DNA of 57,504 nucleotides from Seison nebaliae (Eukaryota): NCBI GenBank assembly GCA_023231475.1, contig JALJEE010000436.1, positions 1 to 57,504 of the forward strand, read 5' to 3'. Shown piece by piece: positions 1 to 10,388 of this stretch (position 1 is its first letter; each line of letters starts with the position of its first letter). The notes under the pieces were generated by a model. It saw only the letters and a program-made list of their open reading frames with translations, ran no database searches and was not told where the DNA came from. The position numbers and the translations under genes were made by a program.

Positions 1-164
1 GAATTTTTCGATTTATATAACAATTGTTTGTCTTAATACCTTTCTCAAAGGAACCAGATGATTTAATAACATTTTCTAATTCCTGATATGAAAGATGATG
101 ACAATTATTGATGCAGTCAACTCGTAATTGAAATAAAAAAAGAATTCTTACATATGGGAACACA

Positions 165-646
165 TTGGGTCCGATAATAACAGAAGATCAAAATATTACA
201 AAACGAGATTTTTTTTTGGAAAACTCTAATGATCGGAATTATTATCCTAAAATTCATCGTATCGTTTTATATTACGACACTTATTACGATGATACGTCTT
301 CATCTTGTAACAAATTAATATTCGTTGACTATCATGTGGATAAGAAAGTTTGTGATGTCGAAATATATCACACCACGTTTGTACCTAAACATATTCCAGT
401 GGGTATTTGGTATTTTAATTATGCCGTTTTAATTATTTGAATTTCAATTGAATTTTAGTGGCATTTTTTCTTTTGAGAACTTTATGTAAATTAGTTTTGT
501 CTTCCAACGATATACTACGTGCAGGTAATGTTACCAATGACCTAATATCTAATACCCAATACCTTTTCGCTAATTTCGATATTACTTCTGATATTCCGGA
601 ATATTTACCAGATGTGATCTACATTGGAAGAAAGTATCACCGATAA
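165..646 (+). CDS. 3' part of an unknown spliced gene or pseudogene
   Basis: ORFs 165-440 and 458-646 join in frame through a GT..AG intron at 403-458 (56 nt). There is an upstream in-frame stop at 129-131 and no recognisable domain. Confidence 0.35.
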
Positions 647-940
647 CATGTACGATGGGTTATCTTATTGTCTTTCCTATTGACCTCGATGTGATTTCAT
701 TTTTATAATAAATAAATAAAAATATTTTAACGAAGATCTGCCGATGAAATAGTGAAAGGTTTCCTTTCCTGGTAGCAACGTCATACCAATATCACTGTAT
801 TCAGTTTAGGATGGCAATACGTTCAATTTAGTAAAAACAAAGATGTGAAGTGAATATATCATATTTACAGTAACAAAAAATCAAAAGGTCAAAATTGAGG
901 ATTTTATTTCGAAAAAATTACCTACAACTCTGAAAACTGT

Positions 941-1447
941 CTATTTGAATAACTGGTTAATCAAGCTTATTCTTTTGGCGGCGGTAGAGTTGGGAATATT
1001 TAAATTCTTTAATAATCTCTCCAACATCTGTTTATCACGAATATCTGATTCGGATGAATTACTGTCCTGAGATGCATCAGATTTGATAGAATAAACAGAA
1101 TTATTTTTATGAATTTCACTTTCCTCTTTTGGTGGAGTCCAGACTAGTTTCTCATGATCGCATTCTGTCATTGCAGTTAAGTTACCTAAATTTTTGTACA
1201 CTTCAAATTGATCAAAATTCATTAACGATGTTCGAATGATATTATCGTATGGTGTGGGAAATGTATAAATCGCTGGTCGTTTCGAAAGATCGGACAGAGA
1301 AATAGAAATGAAGTTTTTATTATTTAGACATGATGTATTGGTGTTTCCTGATTTTTTTGTGGTTTCTGGTGTATCTTCAATTTCAATATCAGAATCATCG
1401 TCTTTATTCTCATGTTTGAGATATTGTGATCTTGTTTTAGAGACCAT
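941..1447 (-). CDS. hypothetical protein, 168 aa, acidic/Ser-rich
   Basis: ATG-initiated intronless ORF in AT-rich DNA; no family recognised. Confidence 0.55.
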   Translation of the reverse strand: MVSKTRSQYLKHENKDDDSDIEIEDTPETTKKSGNTNTSCLNNKNFISISLSDLSKRPAIYTFPTPYDNIIRTSLMNFDQFEVYKNLGNLTAMTECDHEKLVWTPPKEESEIHKNNSVYSIKSDASQDSNSSESDIRDKQMLERLLKNLNIPNSTAAKRISLINQLFK

Positions 1448-1841
1448 TGTCGAGTAAGAAAAAAAATATGAAAATAAATGTTCATTTTAATTTCAGTTTC
1501 AAAGATTTAAATTCAACTTTTTCCCTTTAGACAGTTGTAACATTCAACTACACTTTTCATTTTCATCTTACACATTGTGTATTACACAATTCATCTATCA
1601 TTCAGAGAACATATTTCAAATTCCAAGTGCCAGTTCCACATTGTCCTTCATAATTTTTCTAATTTTTTTAGTATTTCTTATTCTTTTCGTTCTAAACAGA
1701 ATCAGGTTCAATCTTTCTTCAAAGATGATTCGTCGAGTAAGTATCCCAAATTTAATTAACAACAAAAATAGTTATCAAAAAAGAACGGATGAAAATTTTT
1801 ATTAAAATAATGAATTGTCCAATACGTTTTATTTTCCCTTT

Positions 1842-2231
1842 CTAATACAATAAATGTCCCATGGCCAACAACAATTTCCTTCCCGTTAATCTCTTCCATA
1901 CGCGAGTAACTCCTTTTTTGATTTTTCGAACAGTTCGTCTAAACCATCCACGACCTTTACCCTAACAATTGTAAGTTTTTAATAAAGTTTTTATTGGAAA
2001 GTAAAGGAAAACAATTAACCTTTCCAGAATTGGTTAGTACATAATTCATCAATATTGGATCGATATCATCAGGAGTAATCTTAAAAAAGAATTAGTCTCG
2101 TTTAATCTCCATCGTCAATTAATACTAACTTCGGGATCATAATACTCATCACCAGGTATCGTTGTTTCTTGCGATTGAACGATAGTGAGGAATAACAAAG
2201 AACATAAGAGAATTGGTAAAAATAGTTTCAT
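1842..2231 (-). CDS. secreted cationic amphipathic peptide precursor, copy A (putative antimicrobial peptide), 93 aa
   Basis: Exons 2231-2130, 2079-2020 and 1961-1842, with phase-0 introns GTTAGT..AAG and GTTAAT..TAG. Product: MKLFLPILLCSLLFLTIVQS-QETTIPGDEYYDPEITPDDIDPILMNYVLTNSGKGKGR-GWFRRTVRKIKKGVTRVWKRLT-GRK-LLLAMGHLLY*. Splice sites are conserved in the paralogue. Confidence 0.85.
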
Positions 2232-2299
2232 TTTTATTTCAAACTTTCAATGTCTTCTTAATTCAACAATGAATAATTAATTGTGGACTTCTCTTCAAA

Positions 2300-2306
2300 T
2301 TTTATA
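2300..2306 (-). promoter_or_regulatory. TATA box of peptide gene copy A
   Basis: TATAAAA on the minus strand about 70 nt upstream of the ATG; the same motif lies upstream of copy B. Confidence 0.55.
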
Positions 2307-2679
2307 TTCAAATCATTTTTTAATTACTATTACCCATTAAAACATATAATTACCGTAATGTTCAAATTAAATAATTCTACGTAACTTTATCGACTTTATC
2401 TCAATTTAAAAAATCAGTGCAGTTCGAAATACGTTTCGCAAACATTACCTATTCAATTCACCCCATTTCACAGATAGAAATTCAGTTTATCGGTCGGCTT
2501 TCAAACTCAAATAGGTGTGTTAAAGTGAAATTCAATTATGAAAATGATGAATAATTAATAACTGCTGGACTTAATGGAGAAACTTTACAAAGATCATATT
2601 TACTCGAAAAAATTTCAATAATAATTTCTGATACGTTGTATTTGAAAATTCGACAATGGTCTGTTTTGATTAATAGTTA

Positions 2680-4020
2680 AACTATTTCATTCGTACTTTT
2701 TTGGACGACTTCTGTTAGAGACTACAGCTCAAATTTTCACCAATGGTGCGTTATTTTGCCTGTTTCACGACCATTAGTCCTGAAGAATCAATTGTTGGAA
2801 TCGTCTTTGGTTAGCTCCTTTCGTCCCATCTGTGTACCTTCGTTCCTCCTTCGCGTTTTTGAACGTGTGATTATAAGAAGATTCCAGTATGAATTTTATT
2901 CTTCCACAGTTCAATGTGCTTATAGGAGAAACAACAGAGCGGTGCATCCTTGCGTGGCTATTGTGAGAACTTTAATCTATTATCATAGGACAACGAACCG
3001 TCCTCTTCATATTTCGTTTCTCGACACATCAAGAGCGTTTGATTCCATCGATGTGCTTCCGGCACTAAATTCTCTGCAGTCCCGTGAACTTCATCACTCG
3101 ATATTATCGTTCATAAAAACATTGTGTTCACGATCATTCTGTTCCGTATCGGGCAAAAATCAGGAGTCGGCTTTTTTCCAAGTTAATCGAGGTGTTCGCC
3201 AAGGCTCGATACTAGGACCGTGGCTGTTCGGTCTTGCTCTTGATTCGGCACTCGATTTAATCAATTCTCGTTTTTCCATTTATGTCAACGGTTCACGTAT
3301 TCCTGCAGCATATGCTTATGCTGATGACATGGTACTGTTTTCCACGTCTAATCGGAGTCTATTGGATGTGTCTAATCGAATCAATCGAAGAACGTAACAC
3401 TTTCTACGACTGGGTGTCGAATTATTAATCTTCCAATCTAATTGTCTCCGTCTACTCGTTTCCTCGGTGTCCATCTAGACTCGTGGAAACTCTTTTCCGG
3501 TTCTCTGGATAATATTCTTTCTTCGTTTTGTCGAACTTATTTCTCGTTTCTCAACCGTGTCAAATTCTTTCCTCTTCGAACAAAAACCTATTTATTCACT
3601 ATGTTAGTCCAACCGCTATTTGGACTCGATTCTATTTTTGTCGCTTCATCAAGCTCTTTCCTAGCTATGGACAGATGTTTTTCAAGGGTCGTTCGTAGCC
3701 TCGTCGGTTGCTTCCGTCGCTACAATAGAGCATTCCTGTTTTCTCTTACGGATCTCGTTCCTTTTCCGATCATATTCGCAAAGAGAATCTTAGGAGTTTT
3801 GGATGGGGTTTCAGCTTATCCCTCGTTTCAAGGTATGGATTCGTTGATCGTTGAAATGTTGGAATCTGACAGATTGATTTTGGGCCATGTTCGAGATTTT
3901 TAATACTTTCTTTTTCTGTTTGTTTTTTTTCTTTAATTTAACTCATTTTTTATTTTATCCCTCATGGGAGTTTTCTTCAGTTTTTGTGAGCAATAAATAT
4001 TAATAATAATAATAATTAAT
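2680..4020 (+). mobile_element. 5'-truncated, inactivated non-LTR retrotransposon (RT plus C-terminal domain)
   Basis: RT motifs SSFRPI, FLDTSRAFDSI, GVRQGSILGP, YADD and FLG. In-frame stop at 3395-3397 and a frameshift before 3442. The 3' end is CAATAAAT followed by (TAA)n. Confidence 0.92.
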
Positions 4021-4611
4021 GGCGAGTTCATATATTTGCTTAATAAGAAGGAAATCTCTTTTAGGTTAAAAAAAAGTGCTGAGCAAATGAGATTAAATTT
4101 GTTGCTTTTCAGCCATATTAAGATTATTATTGAATTTATGTGATTTCGTCACTCAATATTTTTCAAAGCTAAAATGTTTGCGTCACTCATAAATCAGACT
4201 ATAAAATCATCGAAATGTTTGAAAACAAGTAACAAAAACAGTGAAATATCTAAGACTGATGGACAGACCATCATACAATCGTCCAGTTAACATCTGTCAC
4301 ATCGGAAGCGTTCATTTTTTTTTGTAAAAAGATGGTATTTAAAATTTTGACAAACAATAAGAGTATGTTGTATTTTTTTATTCATCCCTTGTATTTTTAA
4401 CTATTTCCGTTTTAAACTGAATTTATTTTGATATATCTTTGAAAGTAATTGATCGAGTCAATATCCCAATTTTACTTAAGTATTACCGTCTCCAAGAAAG
4501 AACGGATGAATTTTTTTATTCAAATAATGAAGTTTCGAAAACTTTAATAAATAATGTTTATTTTCAATTTCTCTTTCATTTTTATTAAAATAATGAATTG
4601 TCCAATACGTT

Positions 4612-5056
4612 TTATTTTCCCTTTCTAATACAATAAATGTCCCATGGCCAACAACAATTTTTTTGTAGTTTCGGAATACATTCCACCTTCCAAGAAGCTT
4701 TCCTTCCTGTTAATCTCTTCCATACGCGACTAACTGCTTTTTTGATTTTTCGAAAAATTCGGCTAAAAAATCCACGACCTTTACCCTAACAATTGTAAGT
4801 TTTTAATAAAGTTCTTATTGGAAAGTAAAGGAAGACAATTAACCGTTCCAGAATTGGTTAGTACATAATTCATCAATATTGGATCGACATCATCAGGAGT
4901 AATCTTAAAAAAGGAATTAGTTTCGTTTAATCTCCATCGTCAATTAATACTAACTTCGGGATCATAATACTCATCACCAGGTATCGTTGTTTCTTGCGAT
5001 TGAGCGATAGTGAGGAATAAGAAAGAACATAAGAGAATTGGTAAAAATAATTTCAT
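4612..5056 (-). CDS. secreted cationic amphipathic peptide precursor with Cys-rich C-terminal peptide, copy B (putative antimicrobial peptide), 111 aa
   Basis: Exons 5056-4955, 4903-4844 and 4785-4612. Product: MKLFLPILLCSFLFLTIAQS-QETTIPGDEYYDPEITPDDVDPILMNYVLTNSGTGKGR-GFFSRIFRKIKKAVSRVWKRLT-GRK-ASWKVECIPKLQKNCCWPWDIYCIRKGK*. Confidence 0.88.
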
Positions 5057-5102
5057 TTTGAATTTAAACTTTTGAAGAATAATATTCGCACTTCCCATCA
5101 CC

Positions 5103-5109
5103 TTTTATA
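5103..5109 (-). promoter_or_regulatory. TATA box of peptide gene copy B
   Basis: TATAAAA on the minus strand about 50 nt upstream of the ATG. Confidence 0.55.
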
Positions 5110-5445
5110 TTTAAATTATCCATTAATTATTATTATAACCAATTAAAACTCCTGATTTTATGGCAAAGTTCAAAGTCAAAACTTCAACGTAAATTTGTAG
5201 AATTTAGGTCAATTTAAAAAATCTGCGCAGTTCGAAATATGTTTCGCACAAAATGTGCATTCGATGACCGTCCTTTCTCATATACTCACTGTCGGTTCAG
5301 TTAAACAGTTCATTTTCTCCTTCAAATTGGCGTGTTAAAGTGAAATTCAATTATGAAAATGATGGATAATTAATAACTGCTTGACTTAATGGGGAAACGT
5401 TTTGGGGGTTGATTCTTTACAAAGATGATATTTACTCGAAAAATT

Positions 5446-6780
5446 TTAATCAAAATTTCTTAATCGGTTTTTTTTGAATTTGGATACTGGTCGATTTTGA
5501 TTAATTGTGGAATAGTTTCCATTTAAATTCTCGTCACCACTTCTTTCCTTTATCGTGTCTGTTACGGCACTTGTGGATGTTGGTTTTTGGAGCACTGTTC
5601 TATCAAGTTTACTCCTCAAATTTTCCAATGACCGGAAACTGGTATACTTGTTAGCAAATTGAGGGAAAGTGAATTGTGTTTTCTTATCAACTTGACCTGA
5701 ATTGGTCCTCGTATTCTTTTGAACAAGTTCTTCAGAGAAATCGTTGATATCCAATGTTTTCAGTGCTGAAAGTGATGGTCGGATACACGATTTCTTCTTT
5801 TTCTTTCTACCAATTTCACCAGGATGTGCAAAAATTGGGATTATATCAGAAATCAAATTCTCATGAAAATTGACATTTTTCATCTTTTTTGGAACTGATT
5901 CCTGTAATTTTTTACAATTTTCTTTTCTGAATGATTCGATTGTCTCTTGTTGAACTTTTAACATTTCATTTCTTTGATTGATAATTTCTAAAAAAATTTA
6001 TCGTTTTTTGAGAAATTGTAAAGGCAATTATTAAGATCAGAATGTATAACCATCTTCAGGTATTCGAACTGCAGGAAAATCATCTTCTTCGAATAAAATT
6101 TGATTTTCTTCACCAACTTTCTCCAATTCTTTTTTCAAAAATTTCTTTCTTGATTCTAAATTATTTTGTCCTTTCTCCACTTCAACTATCGATCTCTTTA
6201 TTTCTAAAAACAGTTTTAAGTTACTTCATAAAATTATCATATAAAATATATCATTTAACGATAGAAGCAAAATTATCAATAATCAATATGGAAAATTTTT
6301 GGAGCAAACTATCTCTAACTGTCAATGCGTCGATCTAAGATACCGAAAATACGATCTCCGGTTGTTTCAAGAAAATAATCTTGTCCTAACGCGATTCTAT
6401 ATTTCTCTTCTTCGATCGTCTGATAATCGACTAATAGTTTCCCTATTCTCTAATAAACAAATTTAATTAATGGAAATTTTAGAAATTCAACTAACAATTC
6501 TTCCTTCTTTCTTATCCATTTTCTTTTTAACATTTTCAATATTTTTTATTTGTTCATTTCTTCAAAAATATTTGATGAGAATTATTAAACTTGAAAAATA
6601 GAACTGTTCTTTCACGAAATTTTCATAGTTCATATTCATCTTTAGAACAATTTTTTTTGAAAAGTTTAACGAATTCATTAAAGAATTAAAAGAAACTTTT
6701 CCCAATATTTCTTCGTATCGACCCATATTGGTGTGATTAATTATCGATTTTAATCCATTTCCATTATGATGATCTGCCAT
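5446..6780 (-). CDS. URI1: URI1/Bud27-like unconventional prefoldin RPB5 interactor, about 335 aa, 6 exons
   Basis: Introns 6640-6696 (in frame, uncertain), 6560-6604, 6450-6495, 6204-6319 and 5988-6050 splice into one frame. It contains an alpha-prefoldin motif (IALGQDYFLETTGDRIFGILDRRID) and a C-terminal URI-box-like RPVSKFKKNR. Confidence 0.75.
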
Positions 6781-7283
6781 ATTTGTCTATGTCTGCTTAA
6801 ATTGATCTAATTCGATCTAAAATTTATGTCCATTAAAAAGAGAGTTATCTCTTTAAAAAGATGTGAAAAAAGGAAATTGAAAGTTGAAGAAAAATTTGTT
6901 AAATTGGAACAGAATATTGGAAATGTACTTAAAAAAATTGCAGGAAATATCTTTTTTTTTTTCAGAAAAAACTTAAATTTAATTTCATTCAAAAATGAGA
7001 AAAAGAAAAAATTTCCTTTAAAAGCATAACTAAAATTGCTTTTCCGCAAATTGTTGTTGTGGTTAAAAGAGTTAACAAGAAGTTGAAGTGAAAAGGATAA
7101 AAGACGAATTTCTTTTCGAAGTTTTCATTTTGTTTATTAAAAATTTTATATATTTGATTTCATTCACTTTAGCTTCTTTAACACCTTACGACTATTCGAC
7201 GACGTCATTGGAGAGAATTGATAATATTGAATTAGAATTGGAAAAATAAACGAAATATCTTTTGGTAACAGATTGATTGGAAA

Positions 7284-8489
7284 ATGTCAATACTATTCAT
7301 TTTAATCTTAGTTGCTTCCATCACTTTATTGTCATCGTTATTATTTGTTGGCATTTTATATTACCGACGTGCAAAACGTATTGAAGCGTACGAGAGATCA
7401 CCTATTGTTCTCGATATCGAGCGATCAAATGAACCGAGAAATTATAATTCACATAACAGTTGCGTCTATCCACCATTCGAAAACATGAATCAGAATAATG
7501 AATTCTCATTAATTGAGAGGTCGGGTAAAATGTTGAATTCGAATATTGAGAAGAGTGATAATGGAGAAGTGGAAGTAGCAGAGAAGTGGCCGATTATTGC
7601 TCCAAACCTTAGCGATTTGAAGAGACAATTAAGGAAAATGATGAAGAATGCAACGATTGAACAAGGTGATGATCATCTGCAAGTTCACTTACATCCTTCG
7701 ACATCACCACGGAAAAACATGAGCAATTCATTAATTTATTATTATCGTCAATTATTCCATTATTTCTATCCATCACTCATGAAGAATATTAATAAAAAAT
7801 GTAAATTGACATTCTATTCGATCGATTCCACTCAATCGATTTATGAGCAGGAACAACGACATTGTCAAGATTTTCTAATTATTTCCTTCATGTTATATCG
7901 ACTTGATTATCTCTCACTTTACATTCGATCCACCATCCAACGATTACTTAAAACTTCCCAATTGGGTGATAGAAAACGTCGAGTATCGAAACACATTCTC
8001 CGAGCGACGAATGATGCGGCAACGAATATACTCATTGCCATCTGTAAATCGACTTATCAAAAAGAAATGAGAATTTTAAATGATATTAAAAAACAAAAGA
8101 AAGATTTCTCCGTACAACCACCCATTTCAGAAGATACCTCAATAACTATTGCTCAGAAACGGAAGAATGAATATGACATTTTGGTGAAGAGTACGGAGAA
8201 TGAAAAACACTCCATAGCTGTCTTTCAAACACGTATTCGGGAATTGCTGACGAAGCCAAATATTGAATCTTTCTGTATTGATAATGTTAAATTAATCAGT
8301 GAGAATGTCAATGATATGATGCAAACGGAAGTGACTCAAAGATCAAGAATTGACATTGATAAAACTGAATATAATAACTCTATCACACAGTCTGCCAATC
8401 AACAAACTTTGAGGAGAGTTCGGAGGAAAAGAAATCTCAAACGTCTACGTAAAATTAAATATAATCGGAAAGAATTTAACCAATTTTAA
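7284..8489 (+). CDS. hypothetical single-pass membrane protein, 401 aa
   Basis: Long intronless ORF with an N-terminal hydrophobic helix followed by YYRRAKR (signal anchor); no family recognised. Confidence 0.75.
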   Translation: MSILFILILVASITLLSSLLFVGILYYRRAKRIEAYERSPIVLDIERSNEPRNYNSHNSCVYPPFENMNQNNEFSLIERSGKMLNSNIEKSDNGEVEVAEKWPIIAPNLSDLKRQLRKMMKNATIEQGDDHLQVHLHPSTSPRKNMSNSLIYYYRQLFHYFYPSLMKNINKKCKLTFYSIDSTQSIYEQEQRHCQDFLIISFMLYRLDYLSLYIRSTIQRLLKTSQLGDRKRRVSKHILRATNDAATNILIAICKSTYQKEMRILNDIKKQKKDFSVQPPISEDTSITIAQKRKNEYDILVKSTENEKHSIAVFQTRIRELLTKPNIESFCIDNVKLISENVNDMMQTEVTQRSRIDIDKTEYNNSITQSANQQTLRRVRRKRNLKRLRKIKYNRKEFNQF

Positions 8490-10388
8490 ATTAATTAATT
8501 AATTATATTAATATTTTATCATTTATTTAATCTATCTATCTATTTGTCTTCTCTCTTTTCATTCTTTCAATATTCTCTTCAATTAATGAAATTTCTTTAA
8601 ATTAACCACTTTCTAATTATTTCAATCCATGTGATAGATAGATGGATGGATGATGTTTTCTAGATAAATAACCAAAAATAAAAGATGTTCAAATAATATT
8701 CGTAACTATTTAACTTTTTAATTGAAACTCGAAGTAACTGAATAAAAGAATTCGAAAATTTTTATTAATTATTTTGCTTCAGTAACTTTTATTTTGTTAA
8801 AATTTTAATGATTTCTATGAAATTTTATGTTGATGACAGATCATCTTCCTTTCACGATTAATACTCATAAATTATGAGTCACACAATTACTCGAATATTT
8901 TTTCTCGGAGTTTTTTTTGAAACTGTTTCTTTACGAAATTGTTTGTTTAATTTATTTGAAAATCCAAAATAACGAGAATAATGAGAATTAATATCTAGAA
9001 TTATGGACAAATAATAATAATTTTATTTAAAAGTTTTAAGAGTTCGAAATAGGTTTGATTAATTGATTTTTATAATGTAAAAATTATTCAAACTTTCCTT
9101 CATTTAAAACGAAAAGACTCCTATGGGAAATGTGGCTGATATGACATATTTAGAAAGAACACGATAAAAATTCAATGAAAAAAATATGTTAACTTGAATT
9201 TGTTACTGAAAAATAATTATAATTAAAGATTTATTCGATAACAAGTCAAGTAATAGGTAAGAGAATCATACCTTTCTTACAAAAAAAAGATAAAAAAAAA
9301 TAGATTCTCTTATTACCATAATTGTCTAATGTATAATCGAATATATTGTTATAGCGATATTATGTACAAAATATTTTTCATTAAACTCATGGAACATTCG
9401 TTCTATTTTCTGTTGATAATAACTTTTAAATTGATGTGATGCCATAATAGAATGAAGTTGTTTTAACAAATATTGATCATGTAAGCAATAACGCGTTGAT
9501 TTTTCTCCTACCATTTACCTTTCTTATTTTAAAGGACAAGTTATTATCCCTCAATAATTCTTTGTCTGTTACAAACGAAAATGGACAGATTCAACCTACG
9601 AATTTCTTCAGTTCTGTCATATTTTCCAACAACTCTATGTCTCATCGATCAATTGAAGAAAATGTATTAATAACCTCAATTATTGTTGGATTGTAGGTAA
9701 ATAAAAGTAATTAAAATTTTTTTAGTTTATCGAGCAGATTTATCTTTAGATGCTTTCCAAATATTTTGTTGTCAATCGAGGTGAGTCTCTCACTTGTCAG
9801 ATTAAAGATAAAAATACTACGAAAATAAATGTCCGCAACACAATAAACATGTCCAAATAAAAAAAGAGTAGGTGGTTGAAATGTGATTGTTATGAGTAGT
9901 GGAATGTATGAAATATATAATTTATTCTATTTCATGATATTATATCATATATTATATCATTCTTCAATTCAAGTTTCATATTCAATGTTCGAAAGTTTCA
10001 TAGAACTTAATATGTATCACGTTAAATTGGGTTCGAATTTAAAACTGAAAAATATCTCATTTTAAGTAGATTGTTAATGATGATAATGGAAATGATTAGA
10101 AGTAAACATTTTTCCAAATGAATTGAGAACGAGTGAAGTGATCGCCTAAATTAATGGATGATAAAATTGAACGGATGAATTATTTTAAGTAAAGAAAATT
10201 TTTTCCAAAATTTTTAAAAATTTTTTTTATTCATTTGCATTATAATCTGAATGATCGATACATTGTTCAAATAGGAAGCCATTTTTGAAAAACAAAAGTT
10301 GAAGCGATATGAATACAGTCTTCGATTGACCAATACAAGTTTTTGAGGTAAAAGAAGGAGAAAAAAACACAAAAAAAAATAAAAGAAA

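Larger units (their letters stand above)
1730..2615. repeat. tandem segmental duplication, copy 1 (copy 2 at about 4450-5446)
   Basis: Near-identical exons, introns and 3' flank, plus shared upstream blocks (2403-2440 vs 5211-5248; 2518-2615 vs 5333-5446). Confidence 0.9.
4450..5446. repeat. tandem segmental duplication, copy 2
   Basis: Direct-orientation homology to about 1730-2615. Confidence 0.9.

Noticed and set aside
2544..2631. Possible C/D snoRNA (ATGATGA...CTGA)
   Set aside because: The C box is not conserved in the duplicate (ATGATGG), there is no terminal stem, and such motifs are frequent in AT-rich DNA.
6807..7049. Overlapping K/F-rich ORFs on both strands
   Set aside because: Low-complexity A/T tracts in the divergent promoter region between URI1 and the 7284 gene.
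9420..9790. Coding-like fragments with splice-like sites
   Set aside because: Multiple stops in every frame and no homology; at most an unidentifiable pseudogene.
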